Assembly (NCBI GenBank): GCA_964479325.1
Contig: CAYZKZ010000003.1
Span: 339 to 64,338, forward strand
Length of the DNA stretch: 64,000 bases
Origin: an uncultured Muribaculaceae bacterium
GTDB taxonomy: Bacteria > Bacteroidota > Bacteroidia > Bacteroidales > UBA932
Reading direction: 5' to 3'
Made by a program: the position numbers and the translations under genes. Shown in pieces: positions 9,751-19,462 of the stretch (its first letter is position 1; every line of letters starts with the position of its first letter). The notes under the pieces are model-generated. The model was given only the letters and a program-made list of their open reading frames with translations. It did no database searches and was not told where the DNA came from.

Positions 9751-9868
9751 GCATAGCCGCCGTTGCCGCAGAGAAAAATATTCAGTAACTTTACGGGCAT
9801 ATTCAGAAGCCAATGCAACTTCGCTAAAATGACCGGGATATGAAAAGAATATATTTGCCGCTGGTGGC
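9751..9868 (+). repeat. ~120-bp direct repeat, copy 2 (functional promoter and start of the subtilase gene)
   Basis: Pairs with 8007-8130. Confidence 0.9.
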
Positions 9869-12437
9869 GCTTGTCTTGGCCGCATCCTGCGACAAGGAGA
9901 TGATGACGGATGTGTCCGAAAAGACCGTGACGCAGGAGAACGGCGAGGAAATCGACCACTCCATCGTCAGCGGGGAGGTGATCGTGAGATTCAGCGACGA
10001 GATGGTCTCTCTTGTGGAGAGCGACCTGAGCGAGGGAAAACTCGTCACAAGGTCGATGGGGCTGAACCAGACTCTGGACGAGATAGGAATATCCTCGATC
10101 CGGCGGTTGTTCCCCGACGCCGGTGAGTTCGAGCCGCGCACAAGACGGGAAGGCCTGCACAAATGGTACATCGTGAACTACAGGACGGACATTCCTCAGA
10201 CAAGAGCCGCCGCCGAACTCGAATCAATCCCGGGCATTGAATATGTCGAAAACCGCCGTACCGTGGTGACGGACAGATTCAACGACCCTTTTTACTCTAA
10301 TCAATGGGGATTTGAGAACACCGGCTCGCAGGGAGACGACATCAATGTGCTTCCGGTCTGGAACACCTACACCTCAGGTAATCCGAAAGTGATTGTGGCC
10401 GTGGTGGATGAAGGCGTGGATCTCACCCACGCCGACCTGGCGGCCAACTGCTCGAAAGAGAACTACAGCACCATCAGCTACAGCGAGTCTGTCGTGGCCG
10501 GGTCGCACGGCACCCACGTCGCCGGGACGGTCGCCGCAGTGAACAACAATGGAATCGGAGTCTGCGGAGTCGCGGGAGGAGACGCAGCGAGAGGCGAGAA
10601 AGGAGTAACGATTATGTCCTGCGAGATTCTTCGCGAGATCACAAGCGGCGGCAAGAAATCCTACAGGAACGGAAGCAGTGCGTTAGCGATAAAGTGGGCT
10701 GCCGACCACGGGGCGGTCATCTGCCAGAACAGCTGGGCCTACGATTACGACTCCGATGGAGACGGTTTTTTGGACAGGAAGGAACTTGCCGAAGCGATGG
10801 CCGGAACGGTAAGCATCTCGGACAAAGCCGCCATAGACTATTTCATAAAGTACGCCGGATGCGACAACGACGGCAACCAGTTGGCCGACTCGCCGATGAA
10901 AGGAGGTCTGGTCGTGTTCGCTGCGGGTAACGACAACATCGAGAACGGGGTCCCGGCCAATTACGAACCCGTCATCGCCGTCGCTGCGATCGACCGCTAC
11001 GGGAACAAGGCCACTTACTCCAACTACGGAAGTTTCGTGGACATCGCCGCTCCGGGAAGCTCGGTCTATAGCACTCTCCCGTCAGGGAAATACGGCTACC
11101 TCTCCGGGACATCGATGGCCTGCCCTCACGTCTCCGGAGCCGCAGCACTGTTAGTCTCCTACCTTGGAGGACCGGGGTTCACCTGCGACGAACTCAAGGA
11201 GAGACTTCTCGGGACGAAGAGGACGGACGCTGTCCCAAGCTCCATCGGAGGACTTATGGATGTGACCGCGGCAATGGCCTACGGCTGCACTCTCGCTCCG
11301 GGCAAGGCTCGGAATGTCAAGGCTTCGGTAGTGACCAATGAGTTGACATTGTCCTGGACTGTCTCCGGGGATTCCGACGGGCATCCGGCCTACGGCTACA
11401 CCGTGCTGACGGGGAAAGACAGAAGCGCCGTAGAAGCGGCGGATCCGACCAAAAGTCTTCCGTCCGGAGTGACGAGGAAGGACATAACGACCGACCGAAG
11501 AATCGGAGAGACTATGTCAGCGAAAGTCAGCGACCTTGATTTCAATTCCTCCTACTACTGCAAGGTCATCGGCCACTCTTATTCAAAAGCCTACGGGGAA
11601 GCGAGCGACATCACCAATTTCGTGACGGGAAAAAACAATCCTCCGGTCATCGAATTGGAGACCGAAGGCGAGCTGACGCTCAAATCGCACGAGACCAAGA
11701 CTTTCAACGTGACGATCTACGATCCCGACGGCCACTCATTCACGACTTCCTACAAAGCCGGATCCGTCGCTGACTCCTACACTCCTTTCACCAAATCATT
11801 GACAATCAACGCCGCCAACGTCGATACCGGTGAATATACCGCCGAACTCACCGCCACCGACACCTACGGCGCATCGACCTCAAGGCAGATAAAGTACAAG
11901 GTTCTTGAGAACAATCCCCCGAGCAAGGTCAAAGACATTGAGAATATGCTCATAACGTCCATCGGGGAAGGCTTTACCCTGGAACTGCCGGACTACTTCC
12001 AAGACCCTGACGGCGAAGACCTCAACTACAGTGTGTCCGTCAGCAATCCGTCCATAATCCGCCTGTACCAGAACGAGTATTCCATCTCGGGTCTGATTCT
12101 CAAAGGCGGTTCGACAACAGTGACAGTCACGGCCCTTGACTCAAAGAAAGCTATGGCCACGGCGGAGTTCATCATCGTGGCCAGGAGTGACGGCGCCGAG
12201 TACGTTGCCTACCCTAATCCGGTCAAGGACGTGCTGAAGGTGGCCACAGGCAAAAAGGCCGAGGCTCTGTCCGTGAAACTGACCTCTCAGACCGGAGGGG
12301 TTGCGTTCGAGGGAGAGTTCGAGGCAAGCGCATTCAAACCCGCCGGAATCGATCTGACCGGCTGCGCCCCAGGCAAATACAAGGCGACCTTCAGATTCGG
12401 CGGCAAAGAATATGAACAGACAATAATCAAGAAATAA
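9840..12437 (+). CDS. S8 subtilisin-like serine protease, lipoprotein, with FN3/Ig-like domains and a T9SS type-A-like CTD
   Basis: Catalytic triad VAVVDEG, HGTHVAG and GTSMACPHV. Lipobox LAASC. C-terminal YPNP...PGKY...TIIKK. Confidence 0.92.
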   Translation: MKRIYLPLVALVLAASCDKEMMTDVSEKTVTQENGEEIDHSIVSGEVIVRFSDEMVSLVESDLSEGKLVTRSMGLNQTLDEIGISSIRRLFPDAGEFEPRTRREGLHKWYIVNYRTDIPQTRAAAELESIPGIEYVENRRTVVTDRFNDPFYSNQWGFENTGSQGDDINVLPVWNTYTSGNPKVIVAVVDEGVDLTHADLAANCSKENYSTISYSESVVAGSHGTHVAGTVAAVNNNGIGVCGVAGGDAARGEKGVTIMSCEILREITSGGKKSYRNGSSALAIKWAADHGAVICQNSWAYDYDSDGDGFLDRKELAEAMAGTVSISDKAAIDYFIKYAGCDNDGNQLADSPMKGGLVVFAAGNDNIENGVPANYEPVIAVAAIDRYGNKATYSNYGSFVDIAAPGSSVYSTLPSGKYGYLSGTSMACPHVSGAAALLVSYLGGPGFTCDELKERLLGTKRTDAVPSSIGGLMDVTAAMAYGCTLAPGKARNVKASVVTNELTLSWTVSGDSDGHPAYGYTVLTGKDRSAVEAADPTKSLPSGVTRKDITTDRRIGETMSAKVSDLDFNSSYYCKVIGHSYSKAYGEASDITNFVTGKNNPPVIELETEGELTLKSHETKTFNVTIYDPDGHSFTTSYKAGSVADSYTPFTKSLTINAANVDTGEYTAELTATDTYGASTSRQIKYKVLENNPPSKVKDIENMLITSIGEGFTLELPDYFQDPDGEDLNYSVSVSNPSIIRLYQNEYSISGLILKGGSTTVTVTALDSKKAMATAEFIIVARSDGAEYVAYPNPVKDVLKVATGKKAEALSVKLTSQTGGVAFEGEFEASAFKPAGIDLTGCAPGKYKATFRFGGKEYEQTIIKK

Positions 12438-13369
12438 TGGGACTGATCAGGAATATATTGACGGCGGCGGCCGTGTGTGTCGCTTCGCTCGGTCTCGCCA
12501 AGGCGCAGGAAAACGAGGCGCTCACGTTTGTAAGGGCCGAGAGGAATCCTGTGGCCGCGGGGATGGGCTTCGCCGGAGTGGCTGGGGTGAGCGAGACGGC
12601 ATATTCATCATTCAGGAACGCTTCCGTCATTCCGTTCGCCGCCGAGAGGATGTCTTTCGGAGTGTCCGGACAGAATTGGTCTCCTGACGGGGTGAAATCC
12701 ACAAACATCAACGTTGGAGGGGCAGTCAGAACCGGTAACAGATTCGGCTTCTGCATCGGAGGGGCCTATCAGACCGGGGAGGAATACTCTTCGACAACGG
12801 AAACCGGTGAGACCGGAGGGACATTCAGGCCTAAGGAGTTGATTCTCAACGGAGGAGCGGGGTTCAGAATACTGGACAACCTTGCCGTGGGGGCGAATGT
12901 ACGCTACGCTTCGCAGAGGCTGTCGGGAGATGATTCCTACTCCGCAGTCGCCGGGGACATATTCCTGACCTACAGGCTTTCGGAGTTGAGTTTGACCGCC
13001 GGGGTCTCCTCTTTGGGGGCATCGGTGAAGTCCGAGTCAGGAGATTCGTTCAGCCTTCCCGCGTCGGCCACAGTCGGGGCGGACTGGAGCAGGACTTTCC
13101 TTGACAGGCACGGTGTCAGGGTCGCGGCTGACGCTGACTATTTCTTCAGCGGCAACTTTACGGTGGCCGCAGGAGTGCAGTACTCGTTCAAGGAGATGGT
13201 CTTCGTCAGGGGCGGCTACCATTTCGGGACAAAGGAGGCCGTCCTTCCGTCGTTCGCAACGGTGGGTTTGGGTGTCCGCCTGTTCGGTGTCAGCCTTGAC
13301 GCAGCCTATCTGGTCGGGAACGACGCGCTTGGCGGCACGATGACCATCGGGATCGGGTACCGGTTCTAA
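12437..13369 (+). CDS. PorV/PorQ-like (FadL-family) outer-membrane beta-barrel
   Basis: Signal peptide, N-terminal ALTFV...AAGMGFAG motif, amphipathic strands, terminal GYRF. Start overlaps the subtilase stop (TAATG). Confidence 0.72.
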   Translation: MGLIRNILTAAAVCVASLGLAKAQENEALTFVRAERNPVAAGMGFAGVAGVSETAYSSFRNASVIPFAAERMSFGVSGQNWSPDGVKSTNINVGGAVRTGNRFGFCIGGAYQTGEEYSSTTETGETGGTFRPKELILNGGAGFRILDNLAVGANVRYASQRLSGDDSYSAVAGDIFLTYRLSELSLTAGVSSLGASVKSESGDSFSLPASATVGADWSRTFLDRHGVRVAADADYFFSGNFTVAAGVQYSFKEMVFVRGGYHFGTKEAVLPSFATVGLGVRLFGVSLDAAYLVGNDALGGTMTIGIGYRF

Positions 13370-13387
13370 GGGTGGGGATTCGCTCGA

Positions 13388-13508
13388 CCGGTCGCTGAGC
13401 GTGTGGTCGCTGAGCGTGTCGAAGCGCCCTGCCGAAGCGGCTAATCATTTCCCAGCCCGGTCACTTCGACAGGCTCAGTGACCGGTTGGTGAGCCTGCCG
13501 AACCACCG
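13388..13508. repeat. Cluster of 25-bp REP palindromes between convergent genes
   Basis: GGTCACTTCGACAGGCTCAGTGACC plus degenerate CTGAGCGTGTCGAAG copies. Confidence 0.85.
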
Positions 13509-13522
13509 GCGCGCCAAAAGCC

Positions 13523-14620
13523 TCAGCGACCGGACTCAAGAATCTTGTTCTGCTCCGCGACAGACGCTTCGTGGATCGCCGTGAAGAAAGCGGTGACAAA
13601 CTCCTCCGGAAGTCCGTACTCCTTTCCCTTCTCTATCATCGAGGAAAGGATGCTGTCCCAACGGGATGTCTGTACGATGGCGATGTTGTGAGCCTTCTTG
13701 AACTCCCCTATCTTGCGGGAAATCTCCATTCTGTTGCCTAAAGCCACCAGCAGATTCTCGTCAATGACATCAATCTGAGAGCGCAGCTGCTCTATGCCCT
13801 CGTTGTACTCCTTGTCGTTGGTGACTTTCTGACGGACGGTCAAACTCTCAAGCAAGGCCTTCAGATCCGAAGGGACAAGCTGCTGCTTGGCGTCGCTCAA
13901 CGCGCAGGAAGGATCGCAATGGGATTCGATCATCAAGCCGTCAAGTCCAAGATCCATAGCCCTTTGCGACAGTTCCTTCAGGTACTGGCGAGAGCCTCCC
14001 ATATGGCTCGGGTCGGCGAAGAACGGAAGCATAGGGTATCTGGTGCGCAGCTCCACAGCCAACTGCCAGCCCGGCTGGTTCCTGTACGGAATCTTCTCCG
14101 ATGTGGAGAAACCGCGGTGGATGACTCCCAACTTTTTGACTCCCACTCTGTTGAGACGCTCCAAGGCTCCCACCCACAAGTCGATGTCGGGATTGACCGG
14201 GTTCTTCACAAGAACCGGAATGTCGGTGTCCCTGAGAGCCTCGGCGATTTCCTGCACAAGGAAAGGATTGGCGGTAGTGCGCGCTCCGATCCAGACCATA
14301 TCGATGCCGTACTTAAGGCACTCATAGACGTGCTTCTCATTGGCCACCTCCGTGCAGACCTTCATTCCGTACTCGTTCTTGACCTTCTGCAACCATTTGA
14401 GACCCTGTGTTCCTATTCCTTCGAAAGAACCCGGATGGGTGCGGGGCTTCCATATTCCCGCTCGGAAAACGTGGATGCCGAATTCAGCGAGGCCTTTGGC
14501 GGTCATCATAACCTGCAACTCAGACTCGGCGCTGCAAGGGCCGGCGATGACAAGAGGCGGAATGCTCTCGTCGAAGAATCCCCACTCAGAGACGGGGATG
14601 ATGTCAAGTGTTCGTTCCAT
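13523..14620 (-). CDS. Bifunctional DAHP synthase / chorismate mutase
   Basis: IAGPCSAES, WKPRT and WIGART motifs, with a C-terminal CM domain LRSQIDVID. Confidence 0.93.
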   Translation of the reverse strand: MERTLDIIPVSEWGFFDESIPPLVIAGPCSAESELQVMMTAKGLAEFGIHVFRAGIWKPRTHPGSFEGIGTQGLKWLQKVKNEYGMKVCTEVANEKHVYECLKYGIDMVWIGARTTANPFLVQEIAEALRDTDIPVLVKNPVNPDIDLWVGALERLNRVGVKKLGVIHRGFSTSEKIPYRNQPGWQLAVELRTRYPMLPFFADPSHMGGSRQYLKELSQRAMDLGLDGLMIESHCDPSCALSDAKQQLVPSDLKALLESLTVRQKVTNDKEYNEGIEQLRSQIDVIDENLLVALGNRMEISRKIGEFKKAHNIAIVQTSRWDSILSSMIEKGKEYGLPEEFVTAFFTAIHEASVAEQNKILESGR

Positions 14621-14622
14621 AA

Positions 14623-15477
14623 CTATCTCAAAATCTTTTTAATCCTATTAGCGTCGTGGATGAGTTCCGTGATCCTGTCTCCGTCGTAGTCGGCGATTGC
14701 GTCACGGAAAAGCTTCATCTTCTCCAGATAAGTGTCGATGACGTGCAGCACATTGTCCCTGTTCTGCTGGAGAATCGGAGTCCACATCTCGGCCGAGCTT
14801 TTCGCCAGACGGACAGTGGAGGAGAAGCCTCCGGACGCGAGATCGAAGATGTGCTTCTCGTCCTTTTCCTTGTCCAGAACCGTGAGGGCGAGGGCGAAAG
14901 AGGTGACGTGCGAGATGTGGGAGACGTAGGCGGTGTGGACATCGTGACTGTCGGCGTTCATAAAGAGCGGACGCATATTCAGAGTGTCGTACAGTTCCTC
15001 CACGACCTTGACCGCCTGAGGATCGGAATCCTCGGTGTTGGCGAATATGCAGGCGCGGCCGTCGAACAGGTTCGGCATCGCCGCCCAAGGTCCGGAATAT
15101 TCAGTGCCGGCCATCGGGTGGGTCGCCACGAAGCGGCCGCGGAGCGGGTGGTAGTGGACGGAACGGACGATGTTGCTCTTTGTGGAGCAGGTGTCGATCA
15201 CGATCTTCTTTCCGCTTCCTTCCTCTTTGAATATGTCAAGCACCTGCGGGAGCAGTTTCACGGCCGCGCCCACCGGGATAGCTATCACGACGATGTCGCT
15301 CCTGCGGACGCAGTTCTCGAACGGGACGATCTCGTCAGCGAGTTCCATCCTTTCCGCGGCGGCTGCGTTCACCGGATCGGCCTCGACTCCGAGGACGGTT
15401 CCGGCGAAGCCTCTTCTCTTGAGGTCTATGGCCATTGAGCCTCCGATTAGGCCCAGGCCTATGATTCCTACTGTCAT
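14623..15477 (-). CDS. tyrA: Prephenate dehydrogenase
   Basis: GLGLIGGS Rossmann motif, HPMAGTE and HD...SHISH. Confidence 0.93.
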   Translation of the reverse strand: MTVGIIGLGLIGGSMAIDLKRRGFAGTVLGVEADPVNAAAAERMELADEIVPFENCVRRSDIVVIAIPVGAAVKLLPQVLDIFKEEGSGKKIVIDTCSTKSNIVRSVHYHPLRGRFVATHPMAGTEYSGPWAAMPNLFDGRACIFANTEDSDPQAVKVVEELYDTLNMRPLFMNADSHDVHTAYVSHISHVTSFALALTVLDKEKDEKHIFDLASGGFSSTVRLAKSSAEMWTPILQQNRDNVLHVIDTYLEKMKLFRDAIADYDGDRITELIHDANRIKKILR

Positions 15478-15502
15478 ATTACTACTTTTTTTACCGGAGC
15501 TT

Positions 15503-15630
15503 CGGACACCTCGACAGGCTCGGTGACCGAAAAAATGTGGTCACTGAGCTTGTCGAAGTGCGGTCACTGTGGTTCGACAAGCTCACCAACCTGTCGAAGT
15601 GCGGTCACTGAGCTCGTCGAAGTGCCGCCG
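15503..15630. repeat. REP cluster overlapping the aminotransferase stop codon
   Basis: Several GGTCACTGAGCTTGTCGAAGTG-type copies. Confidence 0.85.
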
Positions 15631-16813
15631 AAGCGACTATCCTTTCATTAGCATTTTCCAGAATCTCCGGCTTGGCGCAGAGGGAGACGCGGATGTAGTT
15701 CTCACCGTTCTTTCCGAATATGAAGCCGGGGGTGATGAACACTCCCGCCTCGTGAAGGATGCGTTCCGAGACAACCTCTCCCGCCGTCATCCCGTCACAG
15801 GCATATTCCGAAGGCACCCGTCCCCAGAGGAACAACCCCGCCGTGTCGTGGTCATAGACAGCCCCGATGGTGTCGAATATCCTGCCCGCGGCGACACGTC
15901 TGCGGACATATTCAGAATTCAGTTCCTCGAACCATTCCGGGCTTTGGTTCAGCGCCTCGATGGCGGCGAGCTGCAGCGGCTTGAACATTCCGGAGTCCAT
16001 CTGGCTCTTCACCTTCAGGATCTCGGCGATCAGTTCCGGCGCGCCGCCGACCATTCCGATTCGCCATCCGCTCATATTGTGCGCCTTGCTCAGCGAGTTG
16101 AGTTCGAGGCAGCACTCCTCGACACCGTCCGCCGCCAGGATCGACAGCGGCTTCCCGCAAAGGATGAATGAATAGGGATTGTCGTTCACAATCAGGATCC
16201 TGTGCCGAAGGCCGAAATCCACCAGCCTTTGGTAAAGCTCCGGAGTGGCCTTGGCGCCTGTCGGCATATTCGGATAGTTCGTCCACATCAATTTCACGCC
16301 CTCCAGATCCATCCGCTCCAGAGCGTCGAAGTCCGGCCACCAATGGTTCTCCTCCTTCAGGTCGTAGTTGAGAATCTCCGCTCCGACCAGCCGCGAGGCT
16401 GATGTGTAGGTCGGGTAGCCCGGATCAGGGACGAGAACCTTGTCGCCCGGATTGACGAAAGCCATCGAGATCAACACAATGCCTTCCTTCGAGCCGACCA
16501 GCGGCTGGATGCCGCCATTCGGGTTCAGGGTGACACCGTAGTAGCGCCTGTACCAGTCGGCAAAGGCCTGGCGCAGAGCCGGAAGCCCCTTGTAGTTCTG
16601 GTAGGCGTGGTTGCCGGGCTTTTGCGCCGCCTCGACCAAAGCGTCAATGGCGGCCTGCGGCGGCATCCCGTCGGGCGCACCTATTCCCAAATTGATTATC
16701 TTGTCCTCCCCTCTTGCCGCGCGTTCGGCGTTCAAAGCGTCAAGCTCCTTCTGCTTGCGGGAGAAGTAATATTCCTGGACAGATGATGTCCTGTCAGCCG
16801 GTTTGATGATCAT
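15605..16813 (-). CDS. Class I/II PLP-dependent aminotransferase (aromatic amino acid pathway)
   Basis: NYPNMPTG, DNPY and SLSKAHNMSGWRIG (PLP lysine), located within the phe/tyr operon. Confidence 0.92.
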   Translation of the reverse strand: MIIKPADRTSSVQEYYFSRKQKELDALNAERAARGEDKIINLGIGAPDGMPPQAAIDALVEAAQKPGNHAYQNYKGLPALRQAFADWYRRYYGVTLNPNGGIQPLVGSKEGIVLISMAFVNPGDKVLVPDPGYPTYTSASRLVGAEILNYDLKEENHWWPDFDALERMDLEGVKLMWTNYPNMPTGAKATPELYQRLVDFGLRHRILIVNDNPYSFILCGKPLSILAADGVEECCLELNSLSKAHNMSGWRIGMVGGAPELIAEILKVKSQMDSGMFKPLQLAAIEALNQSPEWFEELNSEYVRRRVAAGRIFDTIGAVYDHDTAGLFLWGRVPSEYACDGMTAGEVVSERILHEAGVFITPGFIFGKNGENYIRVSLCAKPEILENANERIVASAALRRAQ

Positions 16814-16815
16814 AG

Positions 16816-17652
16816 CTACATCGAAGATTTATATTCACCTAAAATGTTGAGTCCCTCCATAAGAGGTCTGACCGCCCTGATGGCCTGGCGATAACGGCTG
16901 TACGCCGCGAATTTGATGTCCACGTAGAAGAAGTACTGCCATTCCTGCCCCGGAATCGGAAGGGACTGGATCCTCGTGAGGTTCATCTCGTAGAATGAGA
17001 GAATCGTCAGCACCTGGGCCAGAGAGCCGGGTTTGTGCGGCAGCGTGAAGCAGAGCGAGGCCTTGTTGACCGAGCGTCTTGGCACGGTGACGGAGTCGTC
17101 GAGGATCAGGAAGCGGGTGAAGTTCTGCTTGTAGGTCTCGATGCTGCGGGCCAGGATCTCCAGACCGTTCTGCCGGGCCGCCAACTCCGAGGCCACAGCC
17201 CCGACTCCCTTCAGTCCGTCCCGCGCTATGTCGATGGCGCTCTTCGCCGTGTCTTCGGACTCGACCATCGTGATCCACGGACACTCGCGTTCAAAGTACT
17301 GGCGCGTCTGGTTGATGGCCATATAGTGCGTCCTGACCTCCTTGATGTCGTGGACAGTCTGTCCCGGCAGAGCCATAAGGTTCTGATGGATCGGGATATA
17401 GACTTCGCCCTTGATCTTGTAGGGATTGGATCTGAGAAGCTCGAAATTCGGGATGAGTCCTCCGGAGATCGTGTTCTCGATCGCCATCGCCGCCGCGTCC
17501 GCCTCTCCGGATCGCACCGCCTTGAACAGCCCCGCGAAGGTCGGACATTCCACAATGGTGATCTCCTCCCCCCGCGCGGAGTAGAACTCTCTCGCCGCCT
17601 GCTCGTGGAAGCAGCCCCGATAGCCTTGTATCGCTACGCGTGTCATATTCAT
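16816..17652 (-). CDS. pheA: Prephenate dehydratase
   Basis: AIQGYRGCFHE, AIENTISG and NFTRF motifs, with an ACT domain KPGSL...NLTRIQSLP. Confidence 0.94.
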   Translation of the reverse strand: MNMTRVAIQGYRGCFHEQAAREFYSARGEEITIVECPTFAGLFKAVRSGEADAAAMAIENTISGGLIPNFELLRSNPYKIKGEVYIPIHQNLMALPGQTVHDIKEVRTHYMAINQTRQYFERECPWITMVESEDTAKSAIDIARDGLKGVGAVASELAARQNGLEILARSIETYKQNFTRFLILDDSVTVPRRSVNKASLCFTLPHKPGSLAQVLTILSFYEMNLTRIQSLPIPGQEWQYFFYVDIKFAAYSRYRQAIRAVRPLMEGLNILGEYKSSM

Positions 17653-17654
17653 TC

Positions 17655-17850
17655 AACTATCGCAAGTAGGCAATTACCTGCTGTAAAATCTTTATCTCAC
17701 GTTCGAAGGTGATTGCCCACCATCTTCAATTTACGTTACCCCTTCCCTAAATCCCTCCCCTCGGGGGAGGGATGCGCTTTGCGCACCCTATGGGCCTTTA
17801 ACGTTACCCCTTCCCTAAATCCCTCCCCTCGGGGGAGGGACTTACCTTCC
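17655..17850 (-). repeat. ~190-bp dispersed G/C-tract element in the pheA leader, with two identical 40-bp units (17733-17772 and 17801-17840)
   Basis: Homologous to 20950-21147 on the opposite strand. Confidence 0.85.
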
Positions 17851-17899
17851 TTCACCCCTTCACCGCTAACGGTGAAAAATCTTACCTTGTTCGTTTCAC

Positions 17900-17932
17900 A
17901 AAAAAAAGCTGCCCGGATAGCACCCGGACAGC
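17900..17932 (-). terminator. Attenuator terminator of the phe/tyr operon
   Basis: On the minus strand, GCTGTCCGGG-TGCTA-TCCGGGCAGC is followed by T8. Confidence 0.85.
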
Positions 17933-17987
17933 CGTATATTCATCTATCGTTTGTTATGAATACAATCTCGCACGCTCGTCCGGTCCT

Positions 17988-18047
17988 CTACCTGTCACGG
18001 TAAAAGAAATAAAAACCGAAAGAGTAAAATCGTGTGCTCATCATCAT
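17988..18047 (-). CDS. Phe/Tyr-rich attenuator leader peptide MMMSTRFYSFGFYFFYRDR
   Basis: 19 aa with 5 Phe and 3 Tyr, upstream of the terminator and pheA. The -7 promoter TATCTTTG lies at 18055-18062 (minus). Confidence 0.88.
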   Translation of the reverse strand: MMMSTRFYSFGFYFFYRDR

Positions 18048-18151
18048 AACGTCGCAAAGATAGTAAAATCAGAGGAAAAACAATCTAAATTTTTACGAAT
18101 ATATTACCTGGAGCGGCCGAGAGTCGTCCCTGACGCGAGCCAAGATATTCA

Positions 18152-18721
18152 TTAGACGGTCATTATCTCCTTTTCCTTTGCGCCCACGAGCTCGTCGATG
18201 GCCTTCACCTTGGCGTCGGTGGCCTTCTGGATCTCGTCCTCGCCTTCCTTGCGCACATCCTCGGAGAAGTCTCCGGCCTTCTCGGCCTTCTTCAGAGCGT
18301 CAACTCCGTCGCGGCGCGCGTTGCGGACAGCCACCTTGATGTTCTCGCCCGTGGTCTTCGCCTTCTTGATGAGTTCCTTACGCCTTTCCTCGGTAAGCGG
18401 CGGAACAGGGCAGCGGATGACCTCACCGTTGTTCTGAGGGGTGAAGCCAAGGTTGGCGTTGATGATCGCCTTCTCGATGACAGGGATCATATTCTTCTCC
18501 CAAGGCTGGATGGCGATGGTTCTGGCGTCAGGAACAGTGACGGAAGCCACCTGAGGCACAGGGGTCGGAGTTCCGTAGTAATCCACAGTCACATTGTTGA
18601 GGATGGACGGATTTGCCTTGCCGACACGGTAGGTCTTGAGGTCTTCCTCAAGGAACAGGACAGAGTCTTCCATCTTTGTCTTGACTCCGGCGATGATTTC
18701 TTTAGCTTTGTCTGTAAGCAT
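18152..18721 (-). CDS. frr: Ribosome recycling factor
   Basis: RVGKANPS, VDYYGTPTP, PPLTEERRKEL and VRNARRD motifs. Confidence 0.97.
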   Translation of the reverse strand: MLTDKAKEIIAGVKTKMEDSVLFLEEDLKTYRVGKANPSILNNVTVDYYGTPTPVPQVASVTVPDARTIAIQPWEKNMIPVIEKAIINANLGFTPQNNGEVIRCPVPPLTEERRKELIKKAKTTGENIKVAVRNARRDGVDALKKAEKAGDFSEDVRKEGEDEIQKATDAKVKAIDELVGAKEKEIMTV

Positions 18722-18757
18722 AGTATATTCAATTAATTGTTAAAATTCATAAAAAGG

Positions 18758-19462
18758 CTACTTGTGGACGAGCGTGCCAACCTTCTCGCCGTTAACGAGC
18801 TTCAGCAGGTTGCCCTCGCCGTTCACATCGAAAACGATGATCGGCATATTCCCGTCGTTGCACAGAGCGTAGGCGGTCTGGTCCAGCACCTTAAGGTGCT
18901 TAGCCATCGCCTCGTCGAACGTCAGCTCGTCGTACTTGACAGCCGTCGGATCTTTCTCAGGGTCAGCAGTATAGACCCCATCGACCCTGGTTCCCTTCAG
19001 CACCACGTCGGCCTTGATCTCAAGAGCCCTGAGGGCCGCGCCGGAGTCGGTCGTGAAGAACGGGCTTCCGGTGCCTCCGGCGATGAGGGCGACTCCCCCT
19101 TCCTCCAGCACCTTGACGGCGTTGTCACGGTTGTAGTAGCGCACAAGCGGCTCCATCGGAGTGGCCGAAAAGACCTCCGCCTTCACGCCTTCATCCTTAA
19201 TGAACTGACTGAGCGCCAAAGAGTTGATTACCGTGGCGAGCATTCCCATCCTGTCTCCCTCGACGCGGTCGAACCCCTTGTCAAGCCCCTGGAGGCCTCT
19301 GAATATGTTGCCTCCGCCGTTGACGATGGCGATCTGAAGACCCGCCTTCGCGGCCTTGGCGATTTCCTTTGAATATTTTCGCAGACTTTCCGGATCAAGT
19401 CCCTTTCCTACGGACCCGCCCAGACTCTCACCGCTCAACTTGAGCAGAACTCTTTTGTACAT
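18758..19462 (-). CDS. pyrH: UMP kinase
   Basis: LLKLSGESL, GGGNIFRG and PFFTTDSGAALRA motifs. Confidence 0.97.
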   Translation of the reverse strand: MYKRVLLKLSGESLGGSVGKGLDPESLRKYSKEIAKAAKAGLQIAIVNGGGNIFRGLQGLDKGFDRVEGDRMGMLATVINSLALSQFIKDEGVKAEVFSATPMEPLVRYYNRDNAVKVLEEGGVALIAGGTGSPFFTTDSGAALRALEIKADVVLKGTRVDGVYTADPEKDPTAVKYDELTFDEAMAKHLKVLDQTAYALCNDGNMPIIVFDVNGEGNLLKLVNGEKVGTLVHK

